NCBI RefSeq assembly: GCF_003018255.1
Contig: NZ_CP027440.1
Origin: Escherichia coli
GTDB lineage: Bacteria > Pseudomonadota > Gammaproteobacteria > Enterobacterales > Enterobacteriaceae
Reading direction: 5' to 3' (one strand)
DNA length: 64,000 bases
Of the stretch, positions 42,670-51,359 are shown piece by piece (position 1 is the stretch's first letter; every line of letters begins with the position of its first letter). A program made the position numbers and the translations under genes. Below the pieces are notes generated by a model. The model was not told the DNA's origin. It worked only from the letters and a program-made list of their open reading frames with translations, and searched no databases.

Positions 42670-43114
42670 AAAGTTATACCTATGTAGTTTTGTACACCAA
42701 AGTTCGAAATGTTTTTATATGAATATTGAGCTGATTCATAAGATTATTCCTAGCTCATCTTCATTCCGCCATGATACAACGGTTTGCTTGCAGGTGAAGA
42801 AAAACGTAAAAGCCCAATAATGATTGGTGGGCTGGTGGAGTTGAAACCGCAGGCTCGTCGTCTGCAAGAAAGTGCTGCGGCTGGCTGGTCAGCTTCTGAT
42901 AGTGAGAATATTGAATGATTTCAAGCTGTTATCGATTTTGCGTATTTTTTGTATGGGAGGATTTGTGCCTCCTCCCATCGGTCCTCCATGACTTTACGCC
43001 ACTGTCTCTAGGGCTGCTATGTGCCAGAAGCTGACATGGCTAGTCCCTAGGCACATTGACCAGCAGGTCATCCATCCCTTAACATATCGTTATGAAATTT
43101 AAAGGATCGATGTT

Positions 43115-43744
43115 ATGGCTTATGAATTAACTTACAGACCCCTCGAATACGGATCGAATGAAAATTATCTTCGCAGAAGTTTGAAAGACCCTTCATTACT
43201 AATTCCTGAAAAAGAGATAGGATGTTTTCTAGTTCTCCAATCCTCATATGCACTACATGAAACTATTGGACTTTCAGCCCAAAACCTAGATATTTCATGG
43301 CAGTCTAACCAAAATTACTTATCGTCAAATTGTGATGGTGAGGCCCCTCTAGCTTGTTATCCTATTTATTTGATTACAGTTGGAGATGATGAAAATGAAA
43401 GGCTTGTTTACATCGGCAAGACATCATCGAAGAGCTCACGATTTTCTTCAGGCCATAGCGCAATTACTAAGTTACACCATCCTAAATATGACAATTTGTC
43501 AAAGCGTATATATTTGTGCTGCGTTGTTTTTTTAAAAAACAGCCAAACCATCCCAATAGAATGGATTAAGCCTTTTGATTTCGCTGAGAAACTATTGAGT
43601 GAATTTGAAGCGAACTTGATTTATTGGAATAAACCAGAGTTGAATACGCAACATATGAAGAAAGAACCTACATTTGAATATGGGCAAGTTCATGCACAAA
43701 ATGTAACTGGCGCAACGTATTTTTGGCATGATAAATTCATTTAG
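43115..43744 (+). CDS. GIY-YIG-like nuclease domain protein (209 aa) with ~80-aa N-terminal extension
   Basis: P83-I-Y...(13 aa)...Y99-I-G-K-T...R109...H114...E163/E165...N172 aligns with I-TevI GIYQIKN...VYVGSA..R..H...ERENFWIKELN. AAAGGA SD. Confidence 0.6.
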   Translation: MAYELTYRPLEYGSNENYLRRSLKDPSLLIPEKEIGCFLVLQSSYALHETIGLSAQNLDISWQSNQNYLSSNCDGEAPLACYPIYLITVGDDENERLVYIGKTSSKSSRFSSGHSAITKLHHPKYDNLSKRIYLCCVVFLKNSQTIPIEWIKPFDFAEKLLSEFEANLIYWNKPELNTQHMKKEPTFEYGQVHAQNVTGATYFWHDKFI

Positions 43745-44171
43745 AACTATATAAACAAAACTTGAGTTAATTCTCTATTTTCCGCACTTTTTTTCCAATG
43801 AGTTCTACATATTGGTCAAGATTGTGCTCAAGGGCGCAATAAACTTAGTATTGCGTCTGTAATTCGCTCAGACTGTGTGAAAACGGTTTAAGCTTCAGAG
43901 GTGAATGCAAAAGAGGCTGACGCCTGCGCTTTTAAGTAAAATCTGCATCATCTTTCTATGTAAATTTTCTAAGAAGTCATCTAAACGCGTGACCTTCTGT
44001 CAGCAATCAGAGTTTTCATACAGCCTGCGTTCGAAGCTGCCCTTGGGCCCGCCTATGGCAGTTGAGTGCCAGAAGCGGACATTTTAACTAATATTCAGCA
44101 TGTTTATCATTATGTCACACGCAAAATGATAAATTAATATATTCAGAGGATTTTTTAACTCAAAAATGGCG

Positions 44172-44199
44172 TTGTAATTCAATGAACCATGCCTATAAT
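44172..44199 (+). promoter_or_regulatory. candidate sigma-70 promoter for the DUF3800-like gene
   Basis: TTGTAA-16 nt-TATAAT, ending 39 nt upstream of the TTG start at 44238. Confidence 0.35.
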
Positions 44200-44237
44200 C
44201 TAACATAAAAATAATATATCATTGAAAGGATAAGGCT

Positions 44238-44972
44238 TTGAATATTTACATTGATGAGTCGATACACGAGGAGTTTGGGTTTATGATCTTGGCTTATGTA
44301 GTTTGTAATCAGGATCCTCAGTCTGATATATACAAGATTCTTTCAGAACATTCAGTTGATGAACATCACTCATGCGCAAGAATGGATAAATCTGAATCTT
44401 TAAGAAATTTGAGGAGTAATCTTATTTCCTACTTAAACGCAAATTGTCGATGGGGGGCATTTATTATGCCAAGTGAGTATCGCCATCGTTCTTATGAGGA
44501 TGTGTCTTTTTTATTAAGCTTATTGATTAAGAATTTTCCAGACAGGAAAGGGAATATTTTTTTCGATGAAGGTATCATAAACCCTACAGAAGCTCTCAGT
44601 CTATGCTCTGATGAAGTCAAAGTTATAACATGCTCATCCCATGAAGTTTGTGGGATACAACTTGCTGATCTAGTAGCATCTTTTAGTGGTGTTAGGTTGA
44701 GAGAAACAATAACAGGAAAAGCAAAAATTTTAACTTACGGTTACGACTTCGGCTATGAGCCCCCAATAGAATCCCCGCTTGGATTTGAGCTTTTTGCTAC
44801 ACTTCGACAATCTATGCTCAGGGGAAATGAACCTCTTGGGAATGAGATGCCTGAATTTGCCACATTTAAAACTATTAATAAAGGATTGGTTTTGTCGAAA
44901 AACTTAACAACTGAATTTAGTCAGTTGGCATTAAAAACCTTTGGGGAAGTGTACTTAGGTTGCATCCATTAA
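44238..44972 (+). CDS. DUF3800-like protein (244 aa, TTG start)
   Basis: N-terminal NIYIDESIHEEFG and later GIQLADLVA match the remembered DUF3800 hallmarks (Y.DESG ... Q.AD). AAGGA lies 8 nt upstream of the TTG. Confidence 0.6.
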   Translation: MNIYIDESIHEEFGFMILAYVVCNQDPQSDIYKILSEHSVDEHHSCARMDKSESLRNLRSNLISYLNANCRWGAFIMPSEYRHRSYEDVSFLLSLLIKNFPDRKGNIFFDEGIINPTEALSLCSDEVKVITCSSHEVCGIQLADLVASFSGVRLRETITGKAKILTYGYDFGYEPPIESPLGFELFATLRQSMLRGNEPLGNEMPEFATFKTINKGLVLSKNLTTEFSQLALKTFGEVYLGCIH

Positions 44973-45220
44973 ATGTAATATTACTATTTATCAATTACTA
45001 GCAAAATTAAGCTAGGTGTTCCTAAGAATATAGGTGACGATGATACAACTGACTTCCGCTTTTCGCTCATAACAGACATTCACTACAGTTATGGTAGAAG
45101 GTATGCATGCTGGGTGGGGAAAGTATGAAGGAAAAGAAGACTGCCGCGCCGTTTGTCGTCACATTTATCTTCATTGGCTATGCAAGTCGTAATACAAGGT
45201 GGGACAAAACAGAGACACAT

Positions 45221-45251
45221 AAGGTCTCACAAAGGTCTGCAAGGCCTCACA
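45221..45251 (+). repeat. three tandem ~10-bp repeats, candidate integrase arm-type binding sites in the att P arm
   Basis: AAGGTCTCACA / AAGGTCTGC / AAGGCCTCACA in helical phase, ~190-220 bp from the icd junction in AT-rich DNA. Confidence 0.3.
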
Positions 45252-45440
45252 TGTATTGAGATGTTAATAAAATGTAGACTTGTAATTTGGATATAAATGG
45301 TAGAGAAAACCTTTCCCCAAAATAAAAACGAACGTCAATGAAATCAAACGGTTGAATAAAGTTGATTTTGGCTAATAAAAAGACAATAAAATAATTTTTA
45401 TCATTAAATATCAATGAATTGAACTTAATGTTTTTATATA

Positions 45441-45605
45441 CTGTTACGCCATATGGGCTGGACTGAAGCCGCAGACCTGATTGTTAAAGGTATGGAAGGC
45501 GCAATCAACGCCAAGACTGTAACCTATGACTTCGAACGTCTGATGGAAGGCGCTAAACTGCTGAAATGCAGCGAGTTTGGTGATGCGATCATCAAGAACA
45601 TGTAA
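45441..45605 (+). pseudogene. icdC: displaced native 3' end of isocitrate dehydrogenase gene (icdC), marks attR
   Basis: Translates [54 protein letters not shown], the last ~54 residues of Icd, with no upstream icd sequence. 165 bp, as for the K-12 e14 icdC. Confidence 0.9.
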
Positions 45606-45628
45606 TCTCTACATGTGTTAAATATTGA

Positions 45629-45660
45629 AACGGGCGTATAACACGCCCGTTGTTTTATTT
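45629..45660 (+). terminator. icd rho-independent terminator
   Basis: AACGGGCGT-ATAAC-ACGCCCGTT followed by GTTTTATTT. Confidence 0.8.
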
Positions 45661-45707
45661 ATGTGGATATTATTAATAGCATGTCGAGCATATTTATATG
45701 AAGCCCA

Positions 45708-46031
45708 TTACTTGAGTCCATATGGGCATATTTTTATAATACAACTATTATGCAAACATTTATTTGGTATTTCGCTTTCTCCAGGAGGACACTCTTGACT
45801 GCTTTTGAGTAAACTCCATAAATCCTTGTTAAATGGTGCGATGTTATAAATAGTAATAGGGTATTCTTTATCCTTAAGGATAATACCAGACTTAACCGGT
45901 GTAAATATACTTCCAGGAGGGAGAAATATAGTAGATTGATACCAGATGATCATTTTCATATCACCCCATATGGCTGAAAAAGATATGCCGCATGTAGGTT
46001 GAATTAACGTGTCAATTACTATCCACTTCAT
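45708..46031 (-). CDS. iraM: anti-adaptor protein IraM (RpoS stabiliser)
   Basis: 107 aa, [69 protein letters not shown]... matches K-12 IraM. Confidence 0.9.
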   Translation of the reverse strand: MKWIVIDTLIQPTCGISFSAIWGDMKMIIWYQSTIFLPPGSIFTPVKSGIILKDKEYPITIYNIAPFNKDLWSLLKSSQECPPGESEIPNKCLHNSCIIKICPYGLK

Positions 46032-46472
46032 TTGTTATGTCTTATCCCACGGTATTTAATATAGTTCATTAGGATGTTCATTTCTTGATTTTGCATATGA
46101 GTATATTATCCCCTCAAAAATATTAATTAAAAATTAAAACCGTTGCCTATATAAAACAAAATTTAAAGCAAGAAATCTCAATAGATATTAAACAAAATGA
46201 TATTTAGTGAAAACAATAAATTATTCACTTCGTTTTAGATTTGTTTAGCTATAATGTTATACATTCAAATGACTGAACATCATGTAATTAAAACATAGCC
46301 TTTATGCTACTTTGTGCCAATTTGCTAAATATTATGGTTGCATTTTTATATAACGATAATAATGAATATAAGCATGACATGAGAATAAGGTTTCAATTTT
46401 TGAGTTATATAGGAATGGTTAAACCCGTTCCTGACTAAAATACATATAATCGGATGATGACTAAACCAAAAC

Positions 46473-46522
46473 ACATGTGCGTTAAGTATTGAAACGGGCG
46501 TATGGCACGCCCGTTGGTTTTA
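46473..46522 (+). repeat. second diverged copy of the icd 3' UTR/terminator
   Basis: ACATGTGCGTTAAGTATTGAAACGGGCGTATGGCACGCCCGTTGGTTTTA versus ACATGTGTTAAATATTGAAACGGGCGTATAACACGCCCGTTGTTTTA at 45611-45657. Confidence 0.85.
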
Positions 46523-46730
46523 TAAATATGTTAACCGTTATAAAATAACGTATAGAAAGTCAAGTGATCACATTTCAAATATCAAGTTGATAGTATTGGC
46601 CTGGTGATTATTTATGGGTGGCAATAAAAAGACAGTATTTATCATCCATAGGGATAGTCTCTGCACTTTTATTTCCATTATGCTAATGTCTTACTGAATT
46701 ATGAAGCATTTTTTAAGCATCCAACTTTAG

Positions 46731-47135
46731 CTAGATTAATGGTTTATTATTTTCTACATCTTCAATATATAAAAGCGTATTATCAATGGCGTAGTAACTG
46801 CGTTTGTTATGATTAACATCAGTAACCCACCGGAAAACGCCCGCGTCTGCCAGTGTTGAACAGTACTCCCGAAATGTAGATTTTCCGGAAATATGAAGCA
46901 ATGCGGCCTCTTTTATTTTAGCAGGGTTCTTTTTCGTACTAACTTTTAACAGGTTCCTGGTTCCTCTTAATAACAAAACCGTGTCATCGTGAGTAATAAT
47001 TCTGATGTTATCCGTAGCCAGATAATAAATGTAATGTGCAACACGGTGATGTTTTAATTCTGAATAAAACCAGGAGAAGTTTTGCTCTTTTCTCACTTGC
47101 TCAAACATCTTTTGAAAAACAACGACCTGATCCAT
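46731..47135 (-). CDS. ycgX: DUF1398 family protein YcgX
   Basis: 134 aa, same length and neighbourhood as K-12 ycgX. Confidence 0.85.
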   Translation of the reverse strand: MDQVVVFQKMFEQVRKEQNFSWFYSELKHHRVAHYIYYLATDNIRIITHDDTVLLLRGTRNLLKVSTKKNPAKIKEAALLHISGKSTFREYCSTLADAGVFRWVTDVNHNKRSYYAIDNTLLYIEDVENNKPLI

Positions 47136-47355
47136 CAGGATAATAACCTCTTGTTAGTTGTGAGACTGCGTAGTGTGCACGATCGGTTTTACCACTTCAA
47201 TCTGGTCTGTCCTTTGGCTGTGATATGTACAAAGTGTGAAAGGGGGATTACCTGAATTCTCCCGGTGAGCATTTTGCAACGGACCAGCTCCGGTACAAAA
47301 GCTGTTGTGGGTTCAGATTATAAGATTCTGTCTAAGGGGCGGGATAAAGGTGAAA

Positions 47356-48087
47356 TTAGGGGGCATGAAAGATGACTTTATAACCTTGCTCACCCCAGTG
47401 TTGTAAAAGTTCGTTTTGCCTTCTCGTTGGTGCCATGCCTGTCCAGACAATCAATGTTTGCGTCGGGAACAGTTCCGGGCGCGGCGATTCAATGGGATCA
47501 GCAAGAACAGAAATGTGCCATCCTGACAATGATAAACGCCATGCTTCCAGCCACAATCGTGCTCTCTCTTCAACATTCCACGCCATCAGAATGGCTTCTT
47601 TACCGGGCTTACGGCGCATTTCGAAAAGTGAGGCTGCTGCGTATTCAATTAATGCGCCGTCAAACATACTGCTCATAATGCGGGAGGTGTTGTGATCAAG
47701 CACGAGACGCTGGCGAACAGGAAGGTAAACATGATTAATCAATTGATCTACTGGGTACTCTCGACCCAGTGAAATAATTCTCGCGCGTAGTTTGGCAGGA
47801 TTAGCCATACGAAGAATTGACATCATCTCTTCTTGCAGGCGACTCCAGTCATCTTCCGTATCCTGGCTGGTGGTTTCCAGTAATGCTTTAACTTTGCCTA
47901 CAGGAACGCCATTACTTATCCAACGCTTGATCTCTTCGATGCGTTGTATGTCTTCTTCATCAAAGAGTCGGTGTCCGCCTTCACTGCGCTGTGGTTTTAA
48001 CAAACCGTAGCGGCGTTGCCAGGCCCGGAGAGTGACAGGATTAATCCCGCAACGTTCAGCAACATCACCAATGCTGTAATAAGCCAC
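47356..48087 (-). CDS. bluR: MerR-family repressor BluR (YcgE)
   Basis: 243 aa, [56 protein letters not shown], MerR HTH. Matches K-12 BluR. Confidence 0.93.
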   Translation of the reverse strand: MAYYSIGDVAERCGINPVTLRAWQRRYGLLKPQRSEGGHRLFDEEDIQRIEEIKRWISNGVPVGKVKALLETTSQDTEDDWSRLQEEMMSILRMANPAKLRARIISLGREYPVDQLINHVYLPVRQRLVLDHNTSRIMSSMFDGALIEYAAASLFEMRRKPGKEAILMAWNVEERARLWLEAWRLSLSGWHISVLADPIESPRPELFPTQTLIVWTGMAPTRRQNELLQHWGEQGYKVIFHAP

Positions 48088-48291
48088 AATTCCTCCTTGC
48101 GGTCACAAATCTCCGTCGCCTGTACACGACCCAATAATACTTTGTACAATATACGCTAAAATTGTACAAAGTATAAATAAGATTTCAGCTAAATTGAATG
48201 AAACATTATTTTTAATGTGGATTAAATTTAAACATAACGTATTCATTTTCACGATGATTTACGGAAATCATGTGAAATAATGTGCTGAAAA

Positions 48292-49503
48292 TTATTTTTT
48301 CTCTGGCCACGCAACTGAAGGGATACCATTCAATTTAGCTTTCGCAAACAGATCTCCCTGAAACATCTCAATTCCTGCAGATTCAAGCCACATCCACTCT
48401 TCTGGTGTTGTCACACCCATAGCAGAGACTTGAATTTCAAGTGATGTACAGCATTTTATGATCGCCTGAATAATTGCCTGCCGTGGCCCACTTTTATGGA
48501 CATTGGTAATCAATTCCTGACTGATTTTAATTCTGTCAGGCTGGAAGCGTGACAGGAGTAACAAACCGGCAAAACCTGCGCCAAAATGATCAATTGCTAC
48601 ACTGATACCAGCAGCCTTTAGCGATTTAACCGCTTCGGCAAACTCATCAAACCGAGATATGACTTCACTTTCAGTAAATTCAACGATGATTTGTTCAGGC
48701 ACCAGAGCATTGGCCTTTATTTCATCAAGTAAAAAAGAGACTGCGTCAGGTTCGTTAACCAGGGTCATAGGTAATAGATTGATTGAAATCATTTTATCAC
48801 CGAGGTCAAGTGCGTGTGCCATCGCGAATGCAAGCGCCTTACTTTTGAGATCCGCTGTATAGATTTCCCCTTCTTTACGCTGCCCAACCGCTATAGCTGA
48901 CGGGCTGTCTTCATTTTTTTGCACAATGGCTTCAAAAGCGATTATCCGCCGCGATAAGGGATCGACAATAGGATGAAAGGCAAAGTGGTCGTTTATATTT
49001 GGTGAAAGGGTACAGGAATCAAGTTCTTTATCAGATCCGTCAGCGATAAAAAGCCAGGAGTCTTCGGCAGGGATCTCGAAATAGGTTGCTTGTTCGGTTG
49101 CAAGGACAAAAGTACGAAAAAATTGTAGCGCTCTGTCATCATAAGTTAGCTGAAATTTTGATGTGCCTTTGTCGAATACGGCCTGTAAAACGTCATCTCG
49201 CTCGTGCAGGCGCAAATCAAATAATTCCATTCCCGCTTTGCCAAAACGGCGAGCAGGCGCGTAATCGCACATCAGCTCAACAATATTATAGTGCCGTGGA
49301 TCCTGGCATATAGCCCGATATATCATTTTAACCTGTTCTTCCGGACCTTCCAGAAGCTGGAAAAAATGAGAACCATTAAACAGTAAGATCCCTGTTACGT
49401 CAGACTGCATGTTCCTGCGATTTGCTATCGAAACCATTTCTTCGATTTTTTTGACAGGTTCGTCGTCACGTATATGGCTACGATAAATAAGGGTGGTAAG
49501 CAT
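48292..49503 (-). CDS. bluF: blue-light sensor BluF (BLUF + degenerate EAL; YcgF)
   Basis: 403 aa from MLTTLIYRSHIRDDEPVKKIEEMVSIANRRNMQSDVTGILLFNGSHFFQLLEG (BLUF), with a C-terminal EAL-like domain. The ORF-track start at 49581 is 26 codons too long. Confidence 0.93.
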   Translation of the reverse strand: MLTTLIYRSHIRDDEPVKKIEEMVSIANRRNMQSDVTGILLFNGSHFFQLLEGPEEQVKMIYRAICQDPRHYNIVELMCDYAPARRFGKAGMELFDLRLHERDDVLQAVFDKGTSKFQLTYDDRALQFFRTFVLATEQATYFEIPAEDSWLFIADGSDKELDSCTLSPNINDHFAFHPIVDPLSRRIIAFEAIVQKNEDSPSAIAVGQRKEGEIYTADLKSKALAFAMAHALDLGDKMISINLLPMTLVNEPDAVSFLLDEIKANALVPEQIIVEFTESEVISRFDEFAEAVKSLKAAGISVAIDHFGAGFAGLLLLSRFQPDRIKISQELITNVHKSGPRQAIIQAIIKCCTSLEIQVSAMGVTTPEEWMWLESAGIEMFQGDLFAKAKLNGIPSVAWPEKK

Positions 49504-49816
49504 TAACTGTCCAGGGTAATGGGAGAGGCGAGAGTAAGACGGTAACAGACATATCTTCCGGTGTCTTTCTTTTAATACCAAAACATAACTGTTTCTTTAC
49601 ATTGATAAAAAATGGAAAAAGTTGAAGATGAGTTAGCGAAAATTCTTGTATAGGTTGTAATTTAAATGATGCAATATTTTTTATCATAACCTGTTGTTTT
49701 ATATGTATTAGCACTAAATGCAAAAAATTAATTTATCATTCTGTACACATATTTCGTACAAGTTTGCTATTGTTACCTCACTTAACATTGATTAACATTT
49801 TTAACAGAGGCGTAGC

Positions 49817-50053
49817 ATGCATCAAAATTCAGTGACTTTAGATTCTGCGGGAGCAATCACTCGTTACTTTGCAAAAGCTAACTTGCCTACTCAGCAGGAA
49901 ACTCTCGGGGAAATTGTGACTGAGATTTTGAAAGATGGACGTATTCTGAGTCGAAAGTCGCTTTGTGCCAAACTTCTATGCCGACTGGAACAAGCGACAG
50001 GGGAAGAGGAACAGAAACATTATAATGCACTAATTGGGTTGCTTTTTGAATAA
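49817..50053 (+). CDS. ycgZ: two-component connector YcgZ
   Basis: 78 aa, MHQNSVTLDSAGAITRYFAKANL... matches K-12 YcgZ. Confidence 0.9.
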   Translation: MHQNSVTLDSAGAITRYFAKANLPTQQETLGEIVTEILKDGRILSRKSLCAKLLCRLEQATGEEEQKHYNALIGLLFE

Positions 50054-50095
50054 TGCAACAGCCTGATTATTTAACAGGTTAGCTATGAAGTCGTT

Positions 50096-50368
50096 ATGAA
50101 GACATCTGATAATGAAAGTACAAAATATGCAATTACTGGCCAGGCGGTGCTCCAGATACTGCGCATGAAGATAAATTTTTCGTTGCAGACTCTTATTAAG
50201 CAATTACTCGTAATGAAATCTGTTGAGGAAAATGCTTTCCGACGAGATTTAATTGACAGCATAATTCGTGATTTTAGCAACAGTGATACAGGAGGGCCAA
50301 ACAGAAGAACAGCGATAACTGACAATAAAAGTATTTTCAATGGTAAGAAAATAAACAGAATACATTAA
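50096..50368 (+). CDS. ymgA: connector protein YmgA
   Basis: 90 aa, MKTSDNES.KY.ITGQAVLQILRMKINFSLQTLIKQLLVMKS... matches K-12 YmgA. Confidence 0.9.
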   Translation: MKTSDNESTKYAITGQAVLQILRMKINFSLQTLIKQLLVMKSVEENAFRRDLIDSIIRDFSNSDTGGPNRRTAITDNKSIFNGKKINRIH

Positions 50369-50396
50369 AATTTCATAAGTAAGATGAGAGGTTACT

Positions 50397-50663
50397 ATGC
50401 TTGAAGATACTACTATTCATAATGCAATAGCTGATAAAGCGTTATCAAATTACTTTCGCAGTTCGGGTAATTTGTTAGAAGAAGAGTCAGCTGTGTTAGG
50501 GCAGGCTGTCACCAATTTAATGCTTTCAGGTGATAATGTTAATAATAAAAATATTATCCTAAGTCTGATACACTCCCTGGAAACAACAAGTGATATTCTC
50601 AAAGCTGATGTGATTAGAAAAACACTGGAAATCGTGTTGCGATACACAGCGGATGATATGTGA
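50397..50663 (+). CDS. ariR: acid-resistance/biofilm regulator AriR (YmgB)
   Basis: 88 aa, same order and length as in K-12. Confidence 0.9.
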   Translation: MLEDTTIHNAIADKALSNYFRSSGNLLEEESAVLGQAVTNLMLSGDNVNNKNIILSLIHSLETTSDILKADVIRKTLEIVLRYTADDM

Positions 50664-50775
50664 CTTTTAATTATTAAGTATAAGTTTATAGAAAACTCAT
50701 TCATCTTATTTTTGTCTGTCGCTTTAGACTATACACAGCATAATTTTATTGGGTTAATATTTCTACGAGGCTGAC

Positions 50776-51024
50776 ATGAATAATTCAATCCCAGAGAGAT
50801 TTATTTTGCAATGTGCTTTGTTTAAAAATCTCGAGAGGGAGGTGTTCATGACGCATGGGTATGTTGATAGTTATATTATTGATCAGGCTTTACGCTTGCG
50901 TTTAAAAGATGAAACCAGTGTGATTCTTTCTGATCTCTATCTGCAAATATTGCAGTACATTGAAATGCATAAGACTACACTAACGGATATCATTATTAAT
51001 GACAGGGAATCCGTGATCTCTTAG
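50776..51024 (+). CDS. ymgC: YmgC
   Basis: 82 aa, last gene of the ycgZ-ymgA-ariR-ymgC operon. Confidence 0.85.
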   Translation: MNNSIPERFILQCALFKNLEREVFMTHGYVDSYIIDQALRLRLKDETSVILSDLYLQILQYIEMHKTTLTDIIINDRESVIS

Positions 51025-51359
51025 AACTTGAGTAAGGTTATAGAATAAACATCAGCTGTATCACCATGCTGGTGCAAAGTGAGCATTTCAGGCGTTATGC
51101 TTTCTTAATATATCCGCAATATCAGGGGGCAAACAGGAATGGAGAGCGCTCGTTTTTCATTCTTGACGCCTGATATCCCACCTAATTTGTTTAATTCTGC
51201 CTACATTGTGCTCAATAATTAATAGGTTAGATGAAGTTGGAGAAAATTTTATCTTCGGCGTGGATATTTGTGATGCTCTCTACCATGCTCTCTGTAGACG
51301 CCAGCGCGAGCGAATGAACGTCATTTTCATGTATTAAACCCTTTGTCCGGGACAAGCGA

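Noticed and set aside
42829-42927. 32-codon ORF (MIGGLVELKPQARRLQESAAAGWSASDSENIE) in the divergent intergenic region, GC-richer than its surroundings.
   Set aside because: It is too short and has no recognisable start context. It may be the 3' remnant of a displaced gene, which cannot be supported further without a database search.
43905-44087. 60-aa plus-strand ORF between the GIY-YIG-like and DUF3800-like genes.
   Set aside because: No SD, and the peptide is Cys/Lys/Ser-rich. It overlaps the conserved 17-mer element, and the region reads better as non-coding or a gene remnant.
45125-45260. 44-codon ORF (MKEKKTAAPFVVTFIFIGYASRNTRWDKTETHKVSQRSARPHMY) in the att arm.
   Set aside because: It overlaps the tandem arm-type-like repeats in AT-rich att DNA and has no SD, so it is likely non-coding.
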